DNA from: Squalus acanthias
Lineage: Eukaryota
Assembly: GCA_030390025.1 (NCBI GenBank)
Contig: CM059432.1
Coordinates: 59,212,001 to 59,276,000 of the forward strand
Length of the DNA stretch: 64,000 bases
Direction: 5' to 3'
Shown here: piece after piece, positions 35,878 to 49,238 of the stretch
Position numbering within the stretch: position 1 is the stretch's first letter
Layout: each line of letters starts with the position of its first letter
Notes under the pieces: model-generated
What the model was told of the DNA's origin: nothing
What the model saw: the letters and a program-made list of their open reading frames with translations, nothing else
The model's database searches: none
Program-made: the position numbers and the translations under genes

Positions 35878-36852
35878 TGCTTTTTTGATATATATAAATG
35901 ACCTGGATATTGGAATACAGAGTAGAACTTCTAAATTTGCCGATGACACCAAACTTGGGGGTGTGGCAAACAGTGAGGATGATACCAATCAACTGCAAAA
36001 TGACATAGAAAGGCTAGCAGAATGGGCAGACAAGTGGCAGATGGAATTTAATACAGAGAAGTGTGAGGTGATGCATTTTGGCAGAAGGAACAGGGAGAGG
36101 CAATATACACTTAATGGCACAGTTTTAAAGAGTGTGCAGGGAAAGAGGGACCTGGGAGTTAATGTGCATAGGTCCCTGAAGGTGGCGGGACATATTGAGA
36201 GAGTGGTTAGCAAAGCATATGGGATCTTGGGCTTCATAAATAGAGGTATTGAGTACAAAAGTAGAGAAGTTATGCTGAACCTTTATAAAGCGCTGGTTAG
36301 GCCACAACTGGAGTATTGCATCCAGTTCTGGTCACCACACTTTAGGAAGGATGTGAAGGCCCTTGAGAGGGTGCAGAGGAGATTTACCAGAATGGTTCCG
36401 GGGATGGGGGATCTTAGCTACAAGGACAGGTTGGAGAAGCTGGATTTGTTTTCATTAGAGCAAAGGAGGTTGAGGGGTGATTTGATAGAGCTGTACAAGA
36501 TTATGACGGGTTTAGATAGGCTAGACGAGGAAAGGCTGTTCCCACTAGTTGATGGTACAAGGACTAGGGGACACAGATTGAAGGTTTTGGGCAAGAGATA
36601 CAGGGGGGACGTGAGGAAAAACTTTTTTACGCAGCGAGTGGCGAGGACCTGGAATTCGCTGCCGGTGGAAGTGGTGGAAGCGGAGACACTCAATGTTTTC
36701 AAGGGAAGACTGCAGAGGCACTTGAGGGAAATAAACTTGCAGGGCTACGGGGATAGAGCGGAGGAATGGGGCTGACTGGATCGCTCTACAGAGAGCCGGC
36801 ATGGACTCGATGGGCCGAATGGCCTCCTTCTGTGCCGTATGACTCTATGACT
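35878..36852 (+). mobile_element. 5'-truncated CR1 with an uninterrupted 296-codon ORF2 C-terminus
   Basis: ORF 35885-36775 runs from IYINDLD..KFADDTKL to the native stop; tail TATGACTCTATGACTC. Confidence 0.95.
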
Positions 36853-39222
36853 CCAGGGCAATCCTGGAGGGTTAGCAACTCTAGAGAGCCCCTGAGGAAA
36901 GTTCTGATGCTCCTCTCACAAGAGTGTCCAAAATTTAATAAAGTACGAGTTATCCAGTGAGATGTACAAAACTCCATTACAGCAACAAAATTCACCAAAT
37001 ATAACAAATGATTTCTGCATTAAAAATAGATAAAAAAGCAATTTCTAAAGAATTGTTTCCTGGACCACTTGGTGCTCATGGGGAATTTGACGTAATGAAG
37101 TTTCTATAAATAAATGGAAGTCTTCTTTCATCATGCTAAAGGTTAAATTCAGCCTGCTCCTTGTGAAGTGTGACTTCAGGAGCATCATTACCAGGAAGCA
37201 TTTACATCAAACACAGAAACTGCCAGAAACTGCAGCAACGTCTGTAAATCAAAACTACAAGAACAGCAAGCAGCATGGCCTCTTCTTGAAATCAAAGCAC
37301 AAAAGTCAGATGATTTTCAGCCCAAAGGCCATTTTATTGGATATCAAGGTTTCTGACCCCTGCAACCACAGAAATTTTAGTTGTTTAATGTCTGAACAAC
37401 TTAATAAGCCATGATTTGTGAAAATAAAATACTTGCTTTTGATCATTTCTGATTGCACGTCGGTTCAACCTTGGCCTCAACAAAACCCTCCCCGTTTCAT
37501 AAAGGTATGACTTACAGATTTAAATCATTCGGGAAAAGTCAGTTTTGTAATTGAATGAATTTGCATAAGAAAGTAGATCTAATTTGCACATTAATAAAAT
37601 TGACTACATAGCATATTTAACTAATTGGTTATCCATAAAAATAGCAATTATATTCTTACATAAAAGGTCAAACTCAAGGTATTTGAACTGGTAATAAAAA
37701 TCCGCACTGGATCGGATGCTTATCTTACCACTTATACCTCCTCAGTCCTTTTACACAGGGACAACCCAAGCGTTTCAAAGACTACAACAACTTTTACTTG
37801 ATCAAAGCTGGTTATGTTTCCTGGACAAAATCATAGAATTAAGGGAATCCTACAATTTTGTGTTGATTTCCATTTAATCAAAATTTCCTATAGCAACACC
37901 CTTCTCCAGTATAGGGCAAGCATGAAGGTGATTGAGCACAAAAAGTCCATGAAGCAATAAAATATAAATCTTTCTGATTTGTTGAAGTGAAGCGGGACAA
38001 ATGGTGTAATATTTTATCATGCCACCATAGTGCATTTGCTTGCAGCATCTTGAAAGCTGTGAAAAATCTGAATTAGTAAAGAACATGTGGACTCATTTCT
38101 GGTACTTCAAAAAAAACATCAGCTTCATACCCATACAGCAGGATCGTATTTTGGCTCTGACTACAACCATTAGCTGGGCAGGAATACTGCTGAAGCTTTA
38201 CTTCATTGTGGATCTTTCCCCATTCGAGTATTCTCAATAATTAAAAAAGACAAACAGAATGCTCCTCCATAATGGTTATCTGGCTGTTGCAGGGCACTGG
38301 GACCTCTGAAGAGATTTTGAAGCATATTGAATTCAAGAGGCAATTAGCAACATTTCTGGGGAGAGTGGGGATTGCATAATATGGTGAAAAGCAGCTAGAT
38401 GTGTTGATCTACCAAAAATAGTCTGACCTGCTGATCATAATAGACTTTTCCTATTCCTAAAGATCCATGCGTTGCGCAGCGAGAGGCTGACTGAGTGAGA
38501 CACTGACAGAAGAATGGGAAACAGGTTTAGCCTGAGTAGATTGTAGGAATGAGAAGCAGTCGAGCTGCAAGAGCTCAGTGGAGCAAGAAGGCAGCTGACT
38601 GGGGTCAGGGAGTTTGCCCTGATCTGGAGTTGTTTCAATAGTAATAGATGCCAGCTGCAGGACCCTCTGGTTGCTGTCCAAAGACAAGAGCCAAAAGGTC
38701 ACCAGTCTTGAACATGTTGTTAGGTACCTGCAAGAAATATAGGGGGAGATATTCCCTACCTTAGCGCCACCCATTAGTGCGGCACTAAGTCAGGAAAGCG
38801 GCGGCTGCCGCTCTTCCACCAGCTGGTGGCAGGTCCCTCGGTGTCCTCCATTTTCAACATCCTGGTAGTGCTGTCATTTTTAAGTAGTGCTCCGAAAAAA
38901 AATGGTGGAGTGGGGACGTCAGTCGGCGTGCAATGGCAACTTAGCACCACCACTGCGAACTTCGACCCTATTGCTGAGTTCAGCGCTGGGTCCTAAGCAC
39001 GACAGGTAAACCTAGTGTGCAAAGAGACTGACAGAGGCACAGTCAGCACCTCTTAAAGGGACACACACATCTTTCAGGTAAGTTTGCATTTAAACTTTTG
39101 GACTAGGTTTCTTGATTTTATTGAAGTAGTGGCTTGCTGCAATAGATGTTAAAAGTTTTTAAGTGCATAGGGAGTGCTGCTGGACACTTGCGAGGCCTCG
39201 GATAGTAAAGGAAGGCCTCTGA

Positions 39223-39358
39223 TAAATCAGAAAATGCTGCAAACACTCAGCAGGTCAGGCAGCATCCGTGGAGAAAGAAACAGAGTTCATGTCTCAGGTC
39301 GAGATGCTGCCTGACCAGCTGAATATTTCCAGCATCTTATGCTGTCATTTCTGATTTA
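39223..39358. mobile_element. Fold-back relic of the same Penelope-like pLTR family as 11000-11110
   Basis: CAGAAAATGCTGCAAACACTCAGCAGGTCAGGCAGCATC followed by its imperfect reverse complement GATGCTGCCTGACCAGCTGAATATTTCCAGCAT; hammerhead core deleted. Confidence 0.65.
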
Positions 39359-39706
39359 CAGCATCCGCTCACAGAGGGAAGAGGAAGACACAGAAGAGGA
39401 AGAATCAGAACAGGAAGAAGCCAAGGAGGAGGAAGCAGAAGAGGAGGAACCTGAAGAGGAGGAATCAGAAGGAAGGATGCAGCCCAGACGGCCCCTTTCT
39501 GGCCGGGATATCCGGGATGGAATCATCCGCCTGCGGTACCAGTGACCACAACCCCAATTCCCCTTTCAACATTAGTCCCACACCTTACCTTCCCTCTGTT
39601 ACTGACCATCACAGCGTCCTCTTTGCAACAATTCTGAAATAAAAGCCACCACACAGAAAACTTGATTTTAATTTTTATTAGTTTTGAACCCATTGCCCCT
39701 CTAATT

Positions 39707-42700
39707 CATAGAAACATAGAAGATAGGAGCAGGAGTAGGCCATTTGGCCCCTCGAGCCTGTTCCGCCATTTAATGAGATCATGGCTGATCATCCAAATTC
39801 AGTACCCTGTCCCTGCTTTCTCCCCATATTCCTTGATCCCTTTAGCCTTAAGAAATATATCTAACTCCTTCTTGAATATATTTAATGAATTGGCCTCAAC
39901 TGCCTTCTGTGGTAGAGAATTCCACAGATTTACCACTCTCTGGGTGAAGAAATTCCTCCTCATCTCAGTCCTAAATGGCTTACCCCTTATCCTTAGACTG
40001 TGACCCCTGGTTCTGGACTCCCCCGCCATCGGGAATATCCTTCCTGCATCTAGTCTGTCTAGTCCTGTTAGAATTTTATAAGTTTCAATGAGATCCCCTC
40101 TCATTCTTCTAAACTCTAGCGAATATAAGCCTAATCGACCCAATCTCTCTTCATACGTCATTCCTGCCATCCCAGGTATCAGTCTGGTGAATCTTCGCTG
40201 CACTCCCTGCATGGCAAGAACAACCTTCCTCAGATAAGGCAACCAAAACTGCACACAATACTCAAGGTGTGGTCTTACCAAGGCCTTGTACAACTGCAGC
40301 AAGACATCCTTGCTCCTGTACTCGAATCCTCTCGCTTTGAAGGCCAACATACCATTTGCCTTCTTAACCGCCTGCTGCACCTGCATGCTTACCTTCAGCG
40401 ACTGGTGCACAAGGACACCCAGGTCTCGTTGCACTTCCCCTTTTCCCAATCTATTGCTGTTCAGATAATAATCTGTCTTCCTGTTTTTGCCACCAAAGTG
40501 GATAACCTCGCATTTATCCACATTATACTGCATCTGCCATGCATCTGCCTAATCACTCAACCTGTCCAAATCATACTGGAGTTTCTCTGCATCCTCCTCA
40601 CAGCACACACGCCCACCCAGCTTTGTGTCGTCTGCAAACTTGAAGATATTACATCTAGTTCCCTCATCTAGATCATTAATATACATTGTGAATAGCTGGG
40701 GTCCTAGCACCGATCCCTGTCACTGCCTGCCATTCAGAAAAAGACCCGTTTATTCGAACTCTTTGCTTCCTGTCTGCCAACCAGTTCTCTATCCAAGTCA
40801 GTACCTTACCCCCAATCTCATGTGCTTTAACTTTGCACGCTAATCTCTTATGCGGGACCTTATCGAAAGCCTTCTGAAAGTCCAAATACACCACATCCAC
40901 TGGTTCTCCCTTAGCTATTCTACCAGTTACATCCTCAAAAAATTCCAGCAGATTAGTCAAGCATGATTTACATTTTGTAAATCAATGTTGACTTTGTCCG
41001 ATCCTGTCACTGTTTTCCAAGTGCTCTGCTATTACATCTTTGAAAATGGACTCTAGCATTTTCCCCACTACCGATGTCAGGCTTTCCGGTCTTTAATTCC
41101 CCGTTTTCTCTCTACCACCTTTTTTAAATCATGGGGTTACATTAGCTACCCTCCAATCCATGGGAACTGTTCCAGAGTCTATAGAATTTTGGAAGATGAC
41201 CAGCAATGCATCTACTATTTCTAGGGCCACTTCCTTAAGTACTCTAGGATGTAGATTATCAGGCCCTGGGGATTTATCGGCCTTCAATCCCGTCAATTTC
41301 CCTAACACCATTTCCCTACAAATACTGATTTCATTCAGTTCCTCCCTCTCATTAGACTCTATGTTCCCTGACATCGCTGGGAGGTTATTTGTGTCCTCCT
41401 TTGTGAAGACAGAACCAAAGTATGTATTTAATTGGTCTGCCATTTCTTTGTTCCCCATTATAAATTCCCCTGATTCTGACTGCAAGGGACCTACGCTTGA
41501 CTTCACCAATCTTTTTCTCTCACATATCTATAGAAGCTTTTACAGTCAGGTTTTATGTTCCCTGAAAGCTTACTCTCATACTCTATTTCCCCCGCTTAAT
41601 TAATCCCTTTGTCCTCCTTTGCTGAATCCTAAACTGCTCCCAATCCTTAGCTTTGCTGCTTTTTCTGGCCAATTTATATGTTCTCTCCTTGGATCTTATG
41701 CTAGCCCTAATTTCCCTAGTTAGCCACAGTTGAGTCACCTGTTTTGTTTTAATTTTATGCCAAACAGAGATGAACAAATTCTGTAGTTCATCCATGCGAT
41801 CTTTAAATGTTTGCCATTGCCTATCCACCGTCAACCCTTGAAGTAACGCTCCCCAATCCATCCTAGCCAACTCGTGCTTCATACCATCGTAGTTTCCTTT
41901 ATTTAAATTCAGGACCCTAGTCTCTGAGTCAACTACTTCACTTTCCATCTTAATGAAGAATTCTATCATATTATGATCGCTCCTCCCCAAGGGGCCTCGC
42001 ACAACAAGATTGCTAATTAATCCTTTCTCATTACATTATACCCAGTCTAAGATGGCCTGATCTCTAGTTGGTTCCTCGACATATTGGTCCAGGAAACCAT
42101 CCCGTATACACTCTAGGAATTCCTCCTCCACAGTATTGTTCCTAATTTGGATAGCCCAATCTATATGTAGATTAAAGTCACCCATGCTAACTGCTGTGCC
42201 CTTATTGCACGCGTCTCTAATTTCCCATTTAATGCCATCCCCAACCTCAGCATTACTGTTTGGGGGTCTGTATACAAATCCTACTAATGTTTTCTGCCCC
42301 TTGGTATTTCTCAGCTCTACCTATACAGATTCCACATCATCACAGCTAATATCCTTCCTTACTATTGTGTTAATCTCCTCTTTAACCAGTAATGCTACCC
42401 CACCTCCTTTTCCTTTTTGCCTGTCCTTCCTGAATATTGAATACCCCTGGGTGTTGAATTCCCAGCCTTGGTCACCCTGGAGCCATGTCTCCATAATCCC
42501 AATTATATCATATCCGTTTACATCTATTTGCGCAGCTTATTACGAATGCTCCTCGCATTAAGACACAAAGTCTTCAGGCTTGTATTTTTAACATGCTTAG
42601 TCCTTTTAGAATTATTATTTACTGTAGCCCTGTTTGATTTACACCCTTGATTTCTCTACCTTCCACTTTTGCTTTTCTCCTTCCTGTCTTCTGTTTCTAT

Positions 42701-43195
42701 CCTTGCTTCCCTTTCCTCTGTCTCCCTGCACAGGTTCCCAACCCCCTGCCATTTTAGTTTAAACCCTCCCCAACAGCACTAGCAAACACTCCCCCTAGGA
42801 CATCGGTCCCGGTCCTGCCCAGGTGCAAACCGTCCAGTTTGTACTGGTCCCACCTCCCCCAGAACCGGTTCCAATGTCCCAGGAATTTGAATCCCTCCCC
42901 CTTGCACCATTCCTCTAGCTACGTATTCATCTGAAATATCCTTCTATTTCTACTGTGACTAGCACGTGGCACTGGTAGCAATCTTGAGATTATTACCTTT
43001 GAGGTCCTATTTTTTAATTTACTTCCTAACTCCCTATATTCAGCTTTTAGGACCTCATCCCGTTTTTTACCTATATCATTGGTACCTATATGCACGACAA
43101 CTGGCTGTTCACCCTCCCCCTCCAGAATGCCCTGCAGCCACCCCGAGACATCCTTGACCCTTGCACCAGGGAGGCAACATACCATCCTGGAGTCC
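39707..43195 (-). mobile_element. Long CR1 LINE (partial esterase ORF1 + disrupted ORF2)
   Basis: ORF 42919-43269 (CCLPGARVKDV, VHIGTNDIG); ORF2 pieces 41583-42002, 41129-41509, 40676-40960, 39799-40533; tail CATAGAAACATAGAA. Confidence 0.95.
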
Positions 43196-43592
43196 ATAGC
43201 CCTTTTAATTGCCCACATTGCAAACTCCATAGTCTCGCTCCCAGAGGCTGTAAGAAGCTGCAACGCCACTCCTGGACGGGAACTTCGGGTCAGATGCCTC
43301 TACTAATGCCACCAGAAGGGCGTTACATGGTAAGTTAGCGCTGCGCTACAAAGCTCCAGGCCCCAGCGCGAATTTTTGCCCAGTAGCGCTCTGGCCATTT
43401 TCAGCGGCCATAAACCCGAGGCTGCGGTAACATCAGCAGGTTTCTGTCAATGTCCAATTTTCCCCCCAAAGTACTTATCATGTTCGGGCTCCATCTTCTT
43501 CCTCGTGGCGTTGGTTACAAACAAAGTCTACTGAGAAAATCTAAACAGGTAGATTTTCTGTTTAACTGATAAGGAGCATACACACTCTCTTC

Positions 43593-44375
43593 GGAACATA
43601 GGAACAGGAGTAGACCACTGAGTCCCTCGAGCCTGTTCCGCCATTCAATGAGATCATGGCTGATCTGCGATCTAACTCCATATACCCACCTTTGGCCCAT
43701 ATCCCTTAATACTTTTGGTTAACAAAAATCTATCAATCTCATAAAATTAACAATTGATCTCGCATCAATTGCAGTTTGCAGACGAGAGTTCCAAACTTCT
43801 ACCACCCTTTGTTTGCAGAAGTGTTTCCTAATTTCACTCTTGAAAGGTCTGGCTCTAATTTTTAGACTATGCCCCCAGTCCTAGAATCCCCAACCAACGG
43901 AAATAGTTTCTCTCTATCTACCCTATCTGTTCCCTTTAATATCCTGAAAACTTCAATCAGATCACCCCTTAACCTTCTAAATTCTAGGGAATACAACCCT
44001 AATTTGTGTAATCTCTCTTCGTAACTTAACCCTTGGAGTCCGGGTATCATTCTGGTAAACCTACACTGCACTCCCTCCGAGGCCAATATATCCTTCCTAA
44101 GGTGTGGTGCCCAGAACTGCTCACAGTACTCCAGGTGTGGTCTAACCAGGGTTTTGTATAGCTGCAGCATAACATCTACCCTCTTGTATTCTAGTCCTCT
44201 AGCTATAAAGGCCAGCATTCCATTAGCCTTTTTGATTATTTTCTGTACCTGTCCATGACATTTTAACAATCTATGTACCTGGACCCCCAAGTCACTTTGG
44301 ACCTCTACTGTGTTTTTAGCTTTTCACCATTTAAAAAGTACCCTGTTCTATCCTTTTTAGGTCCAAAGTGGATGA
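43593..44375 (-). mobile_element. CR1 LINE 3' fragment
   Basis: ORF 43862-44290 (KANGMLAFIARG..LVRPHLEYC); tail GAACATAGGAACA. Confidence 0.92.
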
Positions 44376-44668
44376 TCTTATGGGATATACTGCACTTACT
44401 CAACTCCAGGTACCTTAAGAAGAACAGAGGAGCACAGACCCCCAAGTGTGTGCAGTGTGGTGTTTAACCAGCTAAAATCATGTAGCTTACCAGCAGAGAG
44501 GACTGGTAGTCTTTCCATTGCTTGTCCAGTAAGGACAGCTCTACCCATTAGCACATTGGCTTGAAAGATTATCTGGAGCCAAGTGGGAAGAATCCCAGTC
44601 CCCACCAACAGGTCTACCCATTAATGTGCTATGCTGACTGGTCGATCCTCAATAGTGCACTTCAGACC

Positions 44669-47600
44669 TTAGAATCATAGAATGGTTACAGCACCGAAGA
44701 AAGTCATTTGGCCCGTCGAGCCCGTGCCGACTCTCAGCTAGTCCCACTCCCCTGCCCTTTCCCCGTAGACCTGCAAATCTTTTCCTTCAGATGCTTATCC
44801 AACTCCCTTTTGAAAAGTAAGATTGAGTCTGCCTCCACCACCCTTTCAGGCAGTGCATTCCAGTTCTTAACCACTCGCTGTGTAAAAATGTTTTTTCTTA
44901 CGTCGCCTTTGGTTCTTTTGCCAATCACCTTAAATCTGTGTTCTCTGGTTCTCGTTCCTTCTGCCAATGGGAGCAGTTTCCCTCTATCTACTCTGTCCAG
45001 ACCCCTCATGATTTTGAACACCTCTATCAAATCTGCTCTCCAATTTTCTCTGCTCCAAGGAGAACAACCCCAGCTTCTCCAGTCTATCAACGTAACTGAA
45101 GACCCTCATTCCTGGAATCATTCTCGGAAATCTTTTCTGCACCTTCTCTAAGGCCTTCACATCCTTCCTAAAGTTTGGTGCCCAGAATTGGACACAGTAC
45201 TCCAGTTGGGGGCGAACCAGTTTTTACACAGGTTCATCATAATTTCCACACTTTTGTACTCTATACCTCTATTTATGAAGCCCAGGATCCCATAAGCCTT
45301 TTTAACTGATTTCTCAACCTGCCCTGCCACCTTCAACGATTTGTGCACACATACCCCCAGGTCTCTCTGTTCGTGCACCCCCTACAGGATTGTACCATTT
45401 AGTTTATATGTCCTCTCCTCATTCTTTCTACCAAAATGTATCACTTCACACTTTTCTGCGTTAAATTTCATCTGCCACGTGTCTGCCCATTCCACCAGCC
45501 TGTCGATGTCTTCCTGAAGTCTATCACTCTACTCCTCACTGTTCACTATACTTCCAAGTTTTGTGTCATCTGCAAATTTTGAAATTGTGCCTTGTACACC
45601 CACGTCCAAGTCATTAATATATATCAAGAAAAGCAGTGGTCCTAGAACCAACCCCTGGGGAACACCATTGTATACCTTCCTCCTGTCCGAAAAACAACCG
45701 TTCACCACTACTCTCTGTTTCCTGTCATTTAGCCAATTTTGTATCCATGCTGCCACTGTCCCTTTTATTCCATGGGCTTCAACTTTGCTGGCAAGCCTAT
45801 TATGTGGCAGTTTGTCGAACGCCTTTTGGAAATCCATGTACACTATGTCAATCGCATTACCCTCATCAAACATCCGTGTTACCTCATCAAAAAACTTGAT
45901 CAAGTTGGTTAAACACGATTTGCCTTTAACAAATCCGTGCTGGCTTTCCATAATTAATCCACACCTATCCAAGTGACTGCGAATTTTGTCCCTGATTACT
46001 GTTTCTAAAAGCTTCCCCACTACCGAGGTTAAACTGACTGGCCTGTAGTTGCTGAGTTTATCTTTACACCCTTTTTTGAACAAGGATATAACATTTGCAA
46101 TTCTCCAGTCTTCTGGCACCACCCCCGTATCTATGGAGGATTGGAATATTATAGCCAGTACTTCCGCGATTTCCGCCCTCAATTCCCTCAGCATCCTAGG
46201 ATGCATCCCATCCGCTGGTGCTTTATCTACTTTAAGTACAGCCAGCTTGCTAATGCCTCTTCTTTATCCATTTTTATCCCATCAAATGTCTCCACTACCT
46301 CCTCCTTCACTATGTCTATGACAGCATTCTCTTCCTTGGTGAAGACAGATGCAAAGTACTCATTTAGTACCTCAGCCATACCCTCTGCCTCCATGCATAG
46401 GTCTCCTTTTTGGTCCCTAATCAGCCCAATCCCTCCTCTTACTATCCTTTTACTATTTATATGCCTATAGAAGATTTTTGGATTACCTTTTATGTTGGCT
46501 GCCATTCTATTCTCATACCCTCTCTTATTTTCTTTTTCACTTTTCCTCTGACCTTTCTATATATAGCCTGATTCTCAGATGTATTTGCAACCTGACATCT
46601 GTGATATGCGCTCTTTTTCTGCTTCATCATATTCTCTATCTCTTTCGTCATCCAGGGAGCCCTGACTTTAGTTGCCCTTCCCCCTAGTGGGAATGTACCT
46701 CAACGTTACCTGAACTATTTCTTCTTTAAAGGCAGCCCATTGTTCCTTTACAGTTTTGCCTGCCAATCTTTGATTAAGTTTACACGGGCCAGATCTGTTC
46801 TCATCCCACTGAAATTGGCCTTCCCCCAGTTAAACATTTTTACTCTAGATTGCTCCCTGTCCTTTTTCCATAGCTAATCTAAACCTTATGATATATGATC
46901 ACTGTTCCCTAAATGTTCACCAACTGACACTTGCTCCACTTGACTGACGTCATTCCCCAGAACCAGATCCAGCAATGCCTCCTCCCTTGTCGGGCCGGAA
47001 ACATACTGATGAAGAAAGTTCTCCTGAACACACTTCAGATATTCTTCCCCTTCTCTGCCCTTTACACTATTACTATCCCAGTCTATATTAGGATAATTAT
47101 TACTACTCTATAGTTCTTGCACCTCTCTGTAATTTCTCTGCAAATTTGCTCCTCCATATCTTTCCCACTATTTGGTGATCTATAGAATACACCTAGTAGT
47201 GTAATGGCACCTCTAGTATTTCTTAACTCTAGCCATATAGATTCTGTCCTTGACCCCTACCCAATCCTGCCCTTTTTTGAGCCAGGTCTCAGTTATTGCC
47301 ACAACATCATATTCCCATGTGGCTATTTGTGCCTGCAGCTCACTTACCTTGTTTACAACGCTTTGTGCATTCACATACATCCACTGTAAACCTATCTTAG
47401 ACCATCCTGTATTCTCTCTTAGCTCGCCCCCCCCCCAATACCTTACTATTTCTTACTTTAGTGCTCTCTGCCTCTCCTAATCCTTTGAGCAGTTTATTTT
47501 CCCTTTCTAATGCTACATCCTGGTGCCCAACCCCCTGCCAAATTAGTTTAAACCCTCCCCAACAGCACCAGCAAACCTCCCTGTGAGGATATTGGTTCCG

Positions 47601-48410
47601 GCCCTGTTGAGGTGCAACCCGCCTGGCCTGTACAGGTCCCACCTCCCCCTTGTCCCAATGCCCCAGGAATCTGAAGCCCTCCCTTCTGCACCATCTCTCC
47701 AGCCACGCATTCATCTGCTCTATCCTCCTATTTCTATACTCACCGGGAGTAATCGGAGATTACTACCTTTGAGGTCCTGCTTTTTAATCTCTTTCCTAGC
47801 TCCCTACAATCTGCCTGCAGGACCTCATTCCTCTTTCTACCTATGTCGTTGGTACCAATATGGATCACGACCTCTGGCTGTTCACTCTCCCGCCTCAGAA
47901 TGTTCTGCAGCCGCTCAGTGACATCCTTAACCCTGGCACCAGGGAGGCAACATTCCATCCTGGAGTCATGTCTGCGGCCGCAGAAACGCATGTCTGCTCC
48001 GCTAACTATCAAATCCCCTACCACTATTGCTCTCCCTCTCTTCTTCCTCCCACCTTGTACAGCTGAGCCACCCATGGTGCACTCAGGGAACTCCTGTACT
48101 ACCTGCCTGGTCCTCCTCTTCTGTCCGGCGGGCACACATTCCCTCTCTGCCTGCGCACTCCTTAGCTGCGGGGTGATCACCTCCTGAAACGTGCTATCCA
48201 CGAAGTTCTCAGCCTCACGGATGCACCGCAGTGACGCCAGCTGCTGCTCAAGCTCCTAAACCCGGAGTTCGAGCTCCTGCAGCTGACGACACCTCCTGCA
48301 CACGTGGTTATCCAGGACACAGGAAGCGTCCTGGATTTCCCACATGGCGCAGAATGTGCATTCCGTGGGACTGAGCTCCCTGCCATGCCTCTATTTAATA
48401 GACTATTAAC
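44669..48410 (-). mobile_element. Near-full-length CR1 LINE (zinc-finger/esterase ORF1 + ORF2)
   Basis: ORF 47740-48201 (AIVVGDLIV, CCLPGA, HIGTND); ORF2 pieces 46227-46505, 45529-46206, 44734-45090; closely similar to the 11302-18062 copy. Confidence 0.95.
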
Positions 48411-48437
48411 TAACTTACAGAAATAAACTTAAGACTA

Positions 48438-49005
48438 GGGGCTAGAAATTGGGTTGCTTTTCTCCTCACGGGGCGCAAATGCCCTAGTGCCCGGGCGCGG
48501 CACTGCTAACACCGCCTGCGAAATTCAGCGCTGGCGGTAACCGATAGTGCCCCGCTCCGCTGTGCCAGCGATAATGAGGTAATCGCTGTGCGCAGCGCCC
48601 AGGCCGCAAACTTCCCTTGCGCCCCCTGACCTATCACCGGACGATATGTGCGACAGAATCGGGGGCGGTTTTGCAGTGGCGGTAGCGCAATTTAAAGGGC
48701 AGGTGTCGGGCGGCCATTTTTATTTTGGCCGACTGCCAGCACCTGCCCCCTTTCACATTTGTATGAGTCTTGGGCTGTTTCCACAGCACCCCACTCCCCG
48801 GTGGTCCAGCAGGGCCCTGGTGTGCGCAGCGCTAGGCCCCTCCCCTTTAATCAGGAAGCGCCGCGACATTGAGTAGTCACCTCCCAAGAAGGAGCTGGAG
48901 CGCTGCTGGATTTACGGGGTAGGGGCGCTAACTTTTTCAGGGCGCTAAAATGAGTGCCTTGGCGAGGTTAGCGTCCCCAAAATGGGCTATACCCAATTTA
49001 TCCAC
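48438..49005. mobile_element. Harbinger-type non-autonomous element, same family as 12165-12311
   Basis: TIRs GGGGCTAGAAATTGGGT / ACCCAATTTATCCAC(C); probable TSD CTA; right ~60 bp similar to the right end of the 147-bp MITE. Confidence 0.75.
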
Positions 49006-49077
49006 CTAAGAGTCATAAAAGAAGGGCCTTTCTGGCTCCTGTGTTGGTTTACTGAGTCTCCCACAGAGGGCTGACCT

Positions 49078-49238
49078 GGACTGGGAATTTCCTTAGAGCT
49101 GTTCCCGCTTGCATTGCTGCTGTAACTTCACCGGAAGTTCAGCAGAAACCCCGTTTACACACATAAACAGGGTTTCTGCCACACCTCTGGAGAAGTTACA
49201 GTGGTGGAACGGGAGCAGCTCAGAGGAAATTCCCAACC
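49078..49238. mobile_element. Palindromic (hairpin) MITE
   Basis: Nested inverted repeats: TGGGAATTTCCT/AGGAAATTCCCA, GAGCTGTTCCCG/CGGGAGCAGCTC, TGTAACTTC/GAAGTTACA, GCAGAAACCC/GGGTTTCTGC. Confidence 0.8.

Larger units (their letters stand above)
38742..43467. mobile_element. Harbinger derivative split by a CR1 and a pLTR fold-back insertion
   Basis: Left TIR-like GGGGGAGATATT, right AATTTTCCCCCC; ORF 39339-39545 ends in an acidic tract plus GRDIRDGIIRLRYQ, typical of Harbinger transposase C-termini, followed by AATAAA. Confidence 0.65.

Noticed and set aside
37729..37820. Minus-strand exon candidate (NITSFDQVKVVVVFETLGLSLCKRTEE)
   Set aside because: The stronger donor includes an in-frame stop, the alternative donor GTATAA is weak, and the peptide is not recognised.
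39339..39545. Acidic protein exon
   Set aside because: Chimera of a pLTR relic and a Harbinger transposase C-terminus inside TIR-like ends.
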